64,000 nucleotides of DNA, from contig CAZWRV010000030.1 of the NCBI GenBank assembly GCA_964636325.1, forward strand, positions 62-64,061. The letters run 5' to 3'. Source of the stretch: an uncultured Victivallaceae bacterium (GTDB lineage: Bacteria; Verrucomicrobiota; Lentisphaeria; Victivallales; GWF2-50-93). The position numbers were made by a program, and so were the translations under genes. Positions 37,764-46,369 of the stretch are shown here, one piece after another (within the stretch, counting starts at the first letter, position 1; each line of letters begins with the position of its first letter). The notes beneath the pieces were generated by a model. The model had not been told where the DNA came from and did not search any database. It saw nothing but the letters and a program-made list of their open reading frames with translations.

Positions 37764-37936
37764 CTCCTCTGAAACTCGCCCATCTTTGTCGCGAACTTTG
37801 TCGTTATCTTTGTCGTTATTTTTGTCGTTATTTTTGTCGTCTTCCGAAGGGTTGAGCCAAGCTCAACCGCGGCTCAGCACGGCTTCGCCCTCCATCGAGT
37901 TTCTGATCGACAGAACTGCAAATTTCGCAGATGGCC
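37764..37936 (-). repeat. R2 composite dispersed element, copy 3 (most complete; five 12-nt units)
   Basis: In element orientation: CTGCGAAATTTGCAG hairpin, GATCAGAAACTCGATGGAGGGCGAAGCCGTGCTGAGCCGC, GGTTGAGC-TTG-GCTCAACC, CTTCGGAAGACGAC, (AAAAATAACGAC)x2, AAAGATAACGAC, AAAGTTCGCGAC, AAAGATGGGCGAGTTTCAGAGGAGG. Confidence 0.85.
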
Positions 37937-38084
37937 ACTCCTCCTGAAACTTGATAATCGGTCCTCAGGTCTTCGTCTCCGTTCTTCGTCTGCTTCATAA
38001 AAGACAAAGACATAAGACGAAGAGTTGCGACAAAGAATTCCGCCATCCACGCCCGAAACGGGCATAGGAAATGGAGGGTTGAGT

Positions 38085-38125
38085 GTATGAATTCAGCAAA
38101 CTACGCCCTTTTGCTGAATTCATAC
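38085..38125. repeat. R1 palindromic REP-like element
   Basis: GTATGAATTCAGCAAACTACGCCCTTTTGCTGAATTCATAC, followed by a partial extra arm GCTGAGTTCAGCA. Confidence 0.85.
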
Positions 38126-38302
38126 TGCTGAGTTCAGCATAACGGGAAGCCTGAATCATCACCCTTCAACTTCGAGCACAGCCCCCTCTCCATCGGTAAG
38201 GCTGAACCGGACTGCCACTTCCTCACCGGCGAAGTCGTGCTGGACTGGCTTGCCATCGCGGCGGACTTCGAACTTCGCGCTGCATGCGGCGTATAACGTC
38301 TG

Positions 38303-39184
38303 CTACTCCTTGATCGGCATCTTGCCAGCCTTCTTCATGTCCTCGCAATATTTATCCTTCTGCGAGGAGCTGAGCCACATCAAAAGGCCGTCACCCTCAA
38401 GATCCAAGGCCATGGCATGCGTGCCCTCGGCTGTGAAATCGGCATGCACCATGATACAGTGTAGGCCGATGTCCCAAGGCAGCTCAATGGCTTCGCCTGG
38501 CTTCTTGGGGGCCAGCTCCTGGAAATCTGCGTAGAGGAAGGTCGGAATCTTTTGTTTTTTAGGCGTCTGAAGACGCAGAGTCACAGTCTGCTTTCTCTCG
38601 GACACGAACCAAAACAGGCTGAAGGCCTGGGTTCCGGCCTGCTGCTGTGACACGAAGCAAGGGGGAGGCTCGGCCTTGCCCTTCGCCTTTCCAGCCGCAG
38701 GCGCGCCGGGCTTGCTCTTTGCCTGCGCCTCCAGGAACTTTTCGACGCCCTCGACACCGCCCGGAACCGGAACGGCTGTCAACATCTGCATCGCGATCTC
38801 CTTGCCGTCGTCCTGGTAGACCCAATGCATTGTCTTCTTGCACCACTCCATGAACTTATCGCGAGAGACAGGCGTGTCCGCGGGTGCCACCATGCCGTAG
38901 CCATAACGTATCGGACCGGACTCAAGGCGCTTGTACCAGCTATGGCTGCCGCTGGCCGCGATATACGCCGGAGAAAATGCGCTGCGGTTGTTGGTCTTGA
39001 GCCACTCCTGCATGGCGGGATTATCAATCGCCCCCCAGCAGTTCACCTCGACCGGTGCCGACTCCTCGGCCTTGTCCTTCTTCTTCCCCTTCCCCTCCGC
39101 GGCGTCGATAAGCGGAGAACAAAATATGACAAGGGCAGACAAAACTAATACGGACATCCACATGCTGTGAGCAAATCTCAACAT
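38303..39184 (-). CDS. Secreted hypothetical protein
   Basis: 293 aa with a signal peptide (MWMSVLVLSALVIFCSPLIDA) and Lys-rich linkers. No recognisable family. It ends at a TAG that is followed in frame by 47 coding-like codons (see findings). Confidence 0.7.
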   Translation of the reverse strand: MLRFAHSMWMSVLVLSALVIFCSPLIDAAEGKGKKKDKAEESAPVEVNCWGAIDNPAMQEWLKTNNRSAFSPAYIAASGSHSWYKRLESGPIRYGYGMVAPADTPVSRDKFMEWCKKTMHWVYQDDGKEIAMQMLTAVPVPGGVEGVEKFLEAQAKSKPGAPAAGKAKGKAEPPPCFVSQQQAGTQAFSLFWFVSERKQTVTLRLQTPKKQKIPTFLYADFQELAPKKPGEAIELPWDIGLHCIMVHADFTAEGTHAMALDLEGDGLLMWLSSSQKDKYCEDMKKAGKMPIKE

Positions 39185-39324
39185 AAGATACCTCTTGAAA
39201 AAAACATCCTGAACCTTTATATTGCTTCAGCATTGAGCATGGTCAAGTGCAATATTAGAAGGCACCTATCCTCCTGCTGTCCCGACTGGGACGCCAGTAG
39301 CTGGCGGCGTAGAGAATTATCGGT

Positions 39325-39365
39325 GTAAATATTCAGTGAACTACGACCTTTCACTGAATATTTAC
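39325..39365. repeat. R1 variant element (GTAAATATTCAGTGAA-CTACGACC-TTTCACTGAATATTTAC)
   Basis: Palindromic, with the same centre as the other R1 copies. Confidence 0.8.
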
Positions 39366-39471
39366 CATGGAAAAATGCAAAATCCAAATGGTTTCTGCCA
39401 AATACTGGTGGAGGACCGTGAAAATTATCGGCTTTGGGTATAAAAACGAACGATTTTGCTTTTTTCTTTAA

Positions 39472-39512
39472 GTGTGAGTTCAGCAAAAGGGCGTAGTTTG
39501 CTGAATTCATAC
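39472..39512. repeat. R1 palindromic REP-like element
   Basis: GTGTGAGTTCAGCAAAAGGGCGTAGTTTGCTGAATTCATAC. Confidence 0.8.
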
Positions 39513-39740
39513 CTTGATCGGCTCGCCCGAGTCCAGCTTCTTCTTCACGTCGGTGGTCTCCGACCACGGACACGCCATTTCGACAATCCCAGTGTTGCCG
39601 TCACGCATCATCGAGAGCTTGCCCTCGTCGACCGGACCTCCGTCGCGCTCCGCCTTGGGCTGTCGCGGATAGAAATGCTTGCGCGGCACCCCGGGCGCGA
39701 ACAGACGGAATATTTCAGCCCCGCCTACGAACTTTTCCGC
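39507..39740 (-). pseudogene. Possible 3' remnant of a truncated gene
   Basis: The coding-like frame NFQPKAEKFVGGAEIFRLFAPGVPRKHFYPRQPKAERDGGPVDEGKLSMMRDGNTGIVEMACPWSETTDVKKKLDSGEPIKV* is open from a TAA inside the solo R3 end. Only an internal GTG start is available (track ORF 39507-39689). The stop lies inside an R1 copy. Confidence 0.3.
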
Positions 39741-39764
39741 TTTAGGCTGAAAATTTTACATTTC
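39741..39764. repeat. Solo R3 terminal repeat (inverted orientation)
   Basis: TTTAGGCTGAAAATTTTACATTTC matches the reverse complement of the R3 right ends (AAAATGTAAATTTTTCAGCCTA). Confidence 0.5.
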
Positions 39765-39831
39765 TCTTACGGAGCGACTTGGAAAATCTTTCTGCCGAAA
39801 AGATAGTTTGCACGCGCCGCGCGCAAACTAC

Positions 39832-39872
39832 CTGCGCGCCGCAAGGGCGCATTTTTCCCGCAGGGAAAAACC
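39832..39872 (+). repeat. R5 double-hairpin element
   Basis: CTGCGCGCCGCAAGGGCGCATTTTTCCCGCAGGGAAAAACC is nearly identical to 46983-47023. The hairpins are GCGCC-GCAAG-GGCGC and TTCCC-GCA-GGGAA. Confidence 0.75.
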
Positions 39873-39955
39873 TAGTATCTTACTGGACAATATATAATGC
39901 CACCGCCCTGTGGGGGGATTGAATATATGCAATCTCAGGTAAAGAAAAGATGCCT

Positions 39956-40813
39956 TCAGTTCCTGTATCCCCAGGCTTCTCGGAGGATTTCCTTGGTCTG
40001 TGCGGCGCAGGCGTCGCTGAGTCCCGGAGGGAAACGCAGGGATATTACGGAGCAGTCGTTGTTCCCGAAGTTGACGGAGCGTCGGCGTATATGCGCCGGA
40101 ATATAGCCCCAGTTGGCGCCCATCCCCTGCGGGAAGTTGTATGAGCCGTACAGCGCCACAAGCGGCTGTATATGAACCGGCGGGCATGAAAGTATCGGCA
40201 TGGTCCAGGTGCTCTTGATTGAAGTCATCCACCTGGCCCAGTTTGCCTCGGTCTGTGCGATGTTGATGCCGGCGCCTCCGTTCGCAAGTATCCCGTGTAT
40301 CGGAGAAGGGGCCCATGGGCCGTAGGCGATCGGTTCGTTGACGACACCCGCGCCGGCGGCGTTGACGGTCGGGCGCGGCAGCCCTATCGCCCTCGCAGTG
40401 AAGATGTAATATGCGTTATGGCGCTTGTCGGCTGGGACGACTTCGCTGGTTGCGGGATTGTATCCGGCAATATACGTGGCGAACCCGTAGTTCTCGGGCA
40501 GTGCCGTGCATTGTGCTACTTCGGGGTTTGGAAGATAGCGCAGTTCTACGAGGCCTTGGCTCAGCCAGGCATAGAACATGCCGCTGTTCGTGCCGGGAGG
40601 GCTCTGCTGGCAGCTGAACCATGGATAGCCCTGCTCGGTATCGCCGGCATAGCCAGCCAGAGCTACTGTCACCTGCTTCTGGAGGCTCTTGCAGCTTATC
40701 ATGTGCGCCTGCTCCTTCGCAGAACGAAGGCTCGGCATGAGGATCGACAGCAGGATTGCGATTATGGCGATGACGACGAGCAGTTCTATCAACGTAAACT
40801 TCCTTGCGTACAT
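39956..40813 (-). CDS. Prepilin-type N-terminal cleavage/methylation domain protein (DUF1559-like pseudopilin)
   Basis: [29 protein letters not shown] is a class III signal / N-methylation motif. The C-terminal H-X9-DG region is degenerate ([17 protein letters not shown]). Start set at MYARK (40813); the ORF is open to 40855. Confidence 0.85.
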   Translation of the reverse strand: MYARKFTLIELLVVIAIIAILLSILMPSLRSAKEQAHMISCKSLQKQVTVALAGYAGDTEQGYPWFSCQQSPPGTNSGMFYAWLSQGLVELRYLPNPEVAQCTALPENYGFATYIAGYNPATSEVVPADKRHNAYYIFTARAIGLPRPTVNAAGAGVVNEPIAYGPWAPSPIHGILANGGAGINIAQTEANWARWMTSIKSTWTMPILSCPPVHIQPLVALYGSYNFPQGMGANWGYIPAHIRRRSVNFGNNDCSVISLRFPPGLSDACAAQTKEILREAWGYRN

Positions 40814-40987
40814 ATGCGTCTCCCACCTGGACCGCAGCTGTTCATCTGATGGCAAGCGCCGGGAAAGGCGTCCAAAGCCTACGGTCTGATTTAATGTTTT
40901 AAAACATTATCGCGAGACATGTGAAAAGTCAAGGACAGCCAGCTTTTTTCGTGCATTCGGCTCCGACCCCGCATCATGCACCTGGGC

Positions 40988-41971
40988 CTATTCTTCCTTC
41001 GGCGAATCCTTCAATTCCAGGTAGATCTCATCAGGAGATATCTTCAGAAGCTTAACGCCCGGAGTTCCGACATGGCATTCGGGCCTGAGCGAATACGTCC
41101 CTGAGGCCTTTATGGACGATGCGTCCACATATGCGCTGAGGTCGTCCTCGGCCATGGTCTCGATCACGCTCTTCAAGCCCTGGACGGAGACGTCGACGTT
41201 GGTGGGCGAGAGCCTCCGCGGGGAAAGCGGCGATGCGGACGGCATCAATACGCGCAGGGGAAGGCTCTTGAACTCCCTGGAGTCAAGCTTCTTGTATATT
41301 TCCACCTGGATTTTCACCTTTTCAGGGGAGACTCTCAGTCCTTCTGGTGCGACGACGGCCGAAACACATTCGAAGTCCTCGACCGTCCTCTTGTCGAGAA
41401 TTACAGGCTCGGTCTGCAGCTCCGCGACGCGCCTCAGGATGCTCATAGGCCCGGTAACGGTCGCCCTCGGCGGGTCGACGACGACTTCTCCGCAGGCGTA
41501 GTTTTCCTGGGTCGAACCGGAGAAACGAACCTTGACGGGGAGATCCGCCGAGCCACGGCGGTCAAGCCTCACAGATACGGTGTCGGGCCTTGCCCCGAGC
41601 ACCTCGACGCCTTGGGGGGCCGTTATCTTGGCGTTGTCCAATATCCTGCAGCTGAAAGGCTTGTCCATGCTGGAATAGTTCTCCGGTATCTCGATCAGGA
41701 GCTTGAAGTCAGAGGGGGAGATGCCGTTGAGGATGTCCTTCGATTTCGCCCTGATCATAAGCTTTACGAGCCTTGGGCTGTCGTCCAGGACCATTACGCT
41801 GCCGTATGAGAGTATGTCCAGCCTGACGTTTTCGACGGTGTCCTCGACGCCGATCTGCAGCGAGACCTTCCAGTAGATTATGACGGCGAAAAGCACGGCG
41901 ATGAGCTTCCTGAAGAGGTCGTGCCTGATGGCTCCCGGCATACGGAAGCCGCTTGACTGCCTGTCATCCAT
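40988..41971 (-). CDS. cdaR: YbbR-domain protein (CdaR, diadenylate cyclase regulator)
   Basis: N-terminal TM segment plus repeated YbbR-like beta-rich modules. Positioned immediately downstream of cdaA with an 8-nt overlap (ATGGATGA). Start set at MDDRQ (41971). Confidence 0.8.
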   Translation of the reverse strand: MDDRQSSGFRMPGAIRHDLFRKLIAVLFAVIIYWKVSLQIGVEDTVENVRLDILSYGSVMVLDDSPRLVKLMIRAKSKDILNGISPSDFKLLIEIPENYSSMDKPFSCRILDNAKITAPQGVEVLGARPDTVSVRLDRRGSADLPVKVRFSGSTQENYACGEVVVDPPRATVTGPMSILRRVAELQTEPVILDKRTVEDFECVSAVVAPEGLRVSPEKVKIQVEIYKKLDSREFKSLPLRVLMPSASPLSPRRLSPTNVDVSVQGLKSVIETMAEDDLSAYVDASSIKASGTYSLRPECHVGTPGVKLLKISPDEIYLELKDSPKEE

Positions 41972-42815
41972 GGCGGAAAATCTCCTTGTCCTGGTCGTCC
42001 AGCTCCCTCTGCTCATCCCCGGAGCCATTGGTGCTGGACTCGAGAAAATCCTTCGCGTCGACGAGGATCGACTGCAGGAGGGCCGAAAGCTTCTCCGGCG
42101 ACACGTTCCTCGCGAGCTCGCCCCTGCAGGCGACGCTTATCTGGCCGTTCGTCTCGGAGACGACCACGGCTACGGCGTCGGTCTCCTCGCTTATCCCCAG
42201 CGCGGCCCGGTGCCGCGTGCCGAACGACTGCGCGATGGCCTCGTCCTGGGAGAGCGGGAATATGATATGCGCGGCGACGATCTTGTTGTCGCCGATTATG
42301 ATTCCGCCGTCGTGCAGCGGGGTGCCGGGATGGAATATCGTCTCGATGAGGGAATGCGAGATGCCGGCGTCGAGCACCGTGCCGCTGGCGAAGAGGGCTC
42401 TCATGCCGATCTGGCGCTGAAAGACGATGAGCGCGCCGGTCCTGCTCTTGGAGAGGTTCTGTGCCGCCGTGACGACCTCGTGTATGGCCTCCTCCTGGCG
42501 GATCCTCCTTGCGAAGGGGCGGCTTCCGAGCTGCGCGAACGCCCTCCGCAGATCCGGCTGGAATATTATGAGCAGAGCCACCGGGAACACCGCCCAGAGC
42601 CCGTTCAGCAGCCAGCTGAGAACGCTCAGCTTCAGGTTCTCGGTGACGAACGTGAGGAGAGTTATCGCGATGATGATGCCCGCGAGTATGTTGGCGCTCC
42701 TCGTTCCGCGGAGGTAGTAGAGGATGTAGTAGATGAGCAAAGCAAGGATGGCGATCTCAAGCGCCGGACCGCCGTAAGCCAGGATGTTCCGGAAGAGTTC
42801 GGCCGCCCTGTCCAT
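41964..42815 (-). CDS. cdaA: Diadenylate cyclase CdaA (c-di-AMP synthase)
   Basis: Three N-terminal TM helices. DAC domain motifs TGALIVF, HPGTPLHDGGIII, and LGTRHRAALGISEETDAVAVVVSETNG. Confidence 0.92.
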   Translation of the reverse strand: MDRAAELFRNILAYGGPALEIAILALLIYYILYYLRGTRSANILAGIIIAITLLTFVTENLKLSVLSWLLNGLWAVFPVALLIIFQPDLRRAFAQLGSRPFARRIRQEEAIHEVVTAAQNLSKSRTGALIVFQRQIGMRALFASGTVLDAGISHSLIETIFHPGTPLHDGGIIIGDNKIVAAHIIFPLSQDEAIAQSFGTRHRAALGISEETDAVAVVVSETNGQISVACRGELARNVSPEKLSALLQSILVDAKDFLESSTNGSGDEQRELDDQDKEIFRHG

Positions 42816-42859
42816 TCACTAAACCTCAATGTTAAAGATGCAAGATGCCGGACAACGGA

Positions 42860-43789
42860 TTACTGATTTCCCCTCTTCAGCGCTTCCAGTACTTTGACGA
42901 GATCGGCCATCTCCCTTACATCATGGACTCTGACGAATTCCACGCCGCGGCAGACCAGCCATGCCACCGCCCCGGCGGTGCCCCAGATTCTGTCCGACGG
43001 TGCCCTGCCACCGAGCAGATGCCCTATGAACGACTTCCGCGAAGGGCCTGCGAAGAGCGGATGACCGAGCTTCCTGAAAAAGTCTATTTGGGAAATAATC
43101 TCGACGCTCTGCTCCGGCGTCTTTGCAAATCCGATACCCGGGTCGAGGGCAATCGATTCCGCCCGCACACCTGCGGCGCGCGCCTTCCGGGCCGCCTCGC
43201 CAAGTCCGGATGCAACTTCGTCCAGCAGGTTCCCGTAATTGGCGAGGCCCGCCATGGTCGCCGGCGTGCCCTTCATGTGCATGAGGACGAGGCCGGCGCC
43301 TTTCTGCGCGACCAGATCCGCCATGCCTTCTGAAAGGCTCAGTCCCGAAATGTCGTTTATTATGTCGGCGCCGGCGTCGAGGGCGGCCCTTGCGACGGAG
43401 ACCTTGTAGGTGTCCGCGCTGATGACCGCGTCCGGCCTAAGCTTTCTGATGTCCGATATGACCGGAACTATCCTGCGGCACTCCTCTCCTGCGTCCACAG
43501 GCGGGGCGCCGGGCCTGGTGGACTCCCCCCCGACGTCGACGAGGTCGGCTCCGCCGTCGAGCATCTCCATGGCACGTCCGACCGCAGCCTTCCGATCCAG
43601 GAAGAGGCCGCCGTCGCTGAACGAGTCCGGCGTGACGTTGAGGATTCCCACGATACGGCTTCCGGAGCCCAACGAGATCGAGCGCCCCCTGAAGACGAAT
43701 TCGCCGAGCCGTCCCTCCTGAGAGCCGGCGCACAGGCGTCTCTCAGCCCCCCTCCTCCTTCTTATCTCCTTCTCCGCCATCTTCGCCAT
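42860..43789 (-). CDS. folP: Dihydropteroate synthase
   Basis: GILNVTPDSFSDGG, DVGGESTRPG, DPGIGFAKT motifs. The start is uncertain: the ATG at 43789 overlaps the gyrA 3' end by 47 nt. Confidence 0.9.
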   Translation of the reverse strand: MAKMAEKEIRRRRGAERRLCAGSQEGRLGEFVFRGRSISLGSGSRIVGILNVTPDSFSDGGLFLDRKAAVGRAMEMLDGGADLVDVGGESTRPGAPPVDAGEECRRIVPVISDIRKLRPDAVISADTYKVSVARAALDAGADIINDISGLSLSEGMADLVAQKGAGLVLMHMKGTPATMAGLANYGNLLDEVASGLGEAARKARAAGVRAESIALDPGIGFAKTPEQSVEIISQIDFFRKLGHPLFAGPSRKSFIGHLLGGRAPSDRIWGTAGAVAWLVCRGVEFVRVHDVREMADLVKVLEALKRGNQ

Positions 43790-46301
43790 CTTTCCCGGCC
43801 TTTATGATCTTTGTTATGTCGGAAATTCTGTCGTCGTCGGCGAGATTGATTATCTTCACGCCCTTCGAGGCCCTTCCGACAGTGCGGATTTCGTCGACCG
43901 GGATCCTCACCATCTGCCCGTTCACAGTCATGACGAGTACTTCGTCGCCGGGCGCGATGAGGAGCGTGCCCTTGACCAGTTCGCCCTCCTTCAGCTTGAT
44001 GTTGAGGACTCCTTTCGCTCCCCTCCGAGTCTTGCGGTAGCCCGCCACATAGCTTCTCTTGCCCATGCCGCCGTCAGTGACGACGAGCAGCTCGGGCCCG
44101 CCCTTCCGCTCGGCCTCCTCGTCGCTGACCTCATCCGAGGCCTCCACGACCTGCATGCTGACCAGGCTGTCGCCGGGGATCTTGAATCTGATGCCGATGA
44201 CCCCTATCGCCGTCCTGCCCATCGGCCGGATCTCGTATTCGGAGAAGCGGCACGCCATGCCCATCGCGCTTGACAGGATGACCTCGCTGGTCCCGTTTGT
44301 GATCGCCGCATCGATCAGGTCGTCGCCCTCCTCTATCACAAGCGCCCTGATCCCGGTCTTGCGCAGGTTCTTGAACGCGGAGAGCCGGGTCTTCTTGATG
44401 CAGCCCCGGCGGGTCGCCATGAGTATATATAGGCCTTCATTGTCGAAGTCGTCCTTCGAAACCGTCATCATCGCCCTTATCTTCTCGCCGGGCTCGACCT
44501 TGATCAGGTTGATCACGGCCTTGCCCTTGCCGGAGCGCGAGCCCTCGGGTATCTCGAATACGTTGAGCCAGTGCATGAAGCCCTTGTCGGTGAAGAAGAA
44601 GATGAGGTCGTGGCTGTCGGCGTTGAAAAGGTGCTCCACAATGTCCTCGTCCTTGGTCTCCATGCCGATGACGCCCTTGCCGCCCCTGTGCTGGACCTCG
44701 TAGGTGTCCGCCGGAACCCGCTTGACGTATCCGGACTTCGAGACGGTTATCACGCACATGTGCCTGGGAATGAGGTCCGCGATGTTGAAGTCGCCGTCGT
44801 CCATCGTGATCTCCGTCCTGCGTTCGTCGGCATACTTCTTCCTGATCTCGAGCAGCTCGTCCTTGATGACCTTCAGAAGGAGGCCCCTGTTGGCGAGCAG
44901 TGAGCTGAGGTACGCTATGCGCTCCTGTATCTCATGGTACTCCCTCTCAAGATCGTCGATGGCGAGGCCGGTGAGCTGGTGCAGCCTCATGTCGAGAATG
45001 GCGTCGGCCTGCCTCTGCGAAAGGGAGAACTTCGACATGAGGGCCTCCGCGGCGACCTCGCGCGTCCTTGACTCCCTGATGGTCCTGACGACCTCGTCGA
45101 TGTTCCTCACCGCGATGAGGAGTCCTTCCAGGATGTGCGCGCGCGCCTTGGCCTTGTCGAGCTCGAAAACGCACCGGCGCGTCACCACTTCCTCCCTGTG
45201 GTCCAGGTAGGCCTGGATAAGCTCCTTGAGGTTGAGGATGCGGGGACGCTTCTTGTCGACGACCATGAGGATGGCGCCGAACGTGCTTTCGAGGAGCGTG
45301 TGGGCGTAGAGCTGGTTGAGGACGACGGAGCCCATGGCGCCCTTCTTGATGTCGACGACGATCCTGATTCCAACGCGCCTGCTGGTCTCGTCTCGCAGGG
45401 CCGAGATGCCAGTCAGCTTCTTCTCATTGACCAGCTCGCCTATCTTTTCGAGGAGCGTCTCCTTGTTGACAGCGTATGGGATTTCCGTGATTATTATCTG
45501 CTCCTTGCCCTCCTTTTCGACGATGTCGGCCTTGGCGCGTATCCTTATCGTCCCCCTGCCGGTCTCGTAAAGGTTGCGGATCTCGCCCATGCCGCGAATT
45601 ACTGCTCCCGTCGGAAAGTCCGGCCCCTTTATGAAGCCCATGAGATCGGAGACGGCTGCCTGCGGATTTTCAAGGAGGTGGACCGTCGCGTCGACGACTT
45701 CGCCGAGGTTGTGCGGAGGGATGTTGGTCGCCATTCCGACCCCTATGCCGGTCGAGCCGTTTACCAGGAGGTTGGGGAAGTTGGAGGGCAATACTTCCGG
45801 CTCCTGGTTCTGCTCGTCGAAGGTCGGCAGCATGTTCACCGTGTCCTTCTCGATGTCCATCAGGAGCTCCTCGGCTATCCTCTCGAGGCGGCATTCAGTA
45901 TACCTGTAGGCGGCCGGTGGGTCGCCGTCGATGCTGCCGAAATTCCCCTGCCCGTCGATAAGGACCATCCGCATGGAGAAGTCCTGGGCCATGCGCACGA
46001 GAGTGTCGTAGACCGACTGGTCGCCGTGGGGATGGTAGTTTCCGATGACCTCTCCGACCACCTTCGCGCTCTTGGTATAGGCGTGCGACTTGCCCAGGCC
46101 GAGCTTGTGCATCGCGTAGAGGATGCGCCGGTTCGCCGGCTTCAGGCCGTCGCGGACGTCAGGTATCGCACGCCCCACGTTGACGCTCAGCGAATACTGG
46201 AGATACGCGGTGTGCATTATGTTTTCGATATTGATGGGATAGTCGTTCTGGCTGACCCTGCCAGTGGTCTGCGTGCTTTCGTTGTCGCTCATTTCGCCCA
46301 A
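43743..46301 (-). CDS. gyrA: DNA gyrase subunit A
   Basis: Full-length GyrA pattern (RAIPDVRDGLKP, NYHPHGD, AAYRYTE active-site Tyr region, GyrA-box beta-pinwheel repeats). Acidic Gly/Glu C-terminal tail. Confidence 0.97.
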   Translation of the reverse strand: MGEMSDNESTQTTGRVSQNDYPINIENIMHTAYLQYSLSVNVGRAIPDVRDGLKPANRRILYAMHKLGLGKSHAYTKSAKVVGEVIGNYHPHGDQSVYDTLVRMAQDFSMRMVLIDGQGNFGSIDGDPPAAYRYTECRLERIAEELLMDIEKDTVNMLPTFDEQNQEPEVLPSNFPNLLVNGSTGIGVGMATNIPPHNLGEVVDATVHLLENPQAAVSDLMGFIKGPDFPTGAVIRGMGEIRNLYETGRGTIRIRAKADIVEKEGKEQIIITEIPYAVNKETLLEKIGELVNEKKLTGISALRDETSRRVGIRIVVDIKKGAMGSVVLNQLYAHTLLESTFGAILMVVDKKRPRILNLKELIQAYLDHREEVVTRRCVFELDKAKARAHILEGLLIAVRNIDEVVRTIRESRTREVAAEALMSKFSLSQRQADAILDMRLHQLTGLAIDDLEREYHEIQERIAYLSSLLANRGLLLKVIKDELLEIRKKYADERRTEITMDDGDFNIADLIPRHMCVITVSKSGYVKRVPADTYEVQHRGGKGVIGMETKDEDIVEHLFNADSHDLIFFFTDKGFMHWLNVFEIPEGSRSGKGKAVINLIKVEPGEKIRAMMTVSKDDFDNEGLYILMATRRGCIKKTRLSAFKNLRKTGIRALVIEEGDDLIDAAITNGTSEVILSSAMGMACRFSEYEIRPMGRTAIGVIGIRFKIPGDSLVSMQVVEASDEVSDEEAERKGGPELLVVTDGGMGKRSYVAGYRKTRRGAKGVLNIKLKEGELVKGTLLIAPGDEVLVMTVNGQMVRIPVDEIRTVGRASKGVKIINLADDDRISDITKIIKAGKDGEDGGEGDKKEEGG

Positions 46302-46369
46302 GCTCCGGATATGTTGTTGTCACCCAAAGTACGAAAGAATAATATAGCTTCCTCAATTATTTTCATCAA

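Noticed and set aside
37790-37850. Possible CRISPR-like or iteron array (12-nt TTTGTCGTTATN repeats)
   Set aside because: The units are contiguous, with no spacers and only 2-5 copies, and are part of the dispersed R2 element. No cas genes or replication genes are nearby.
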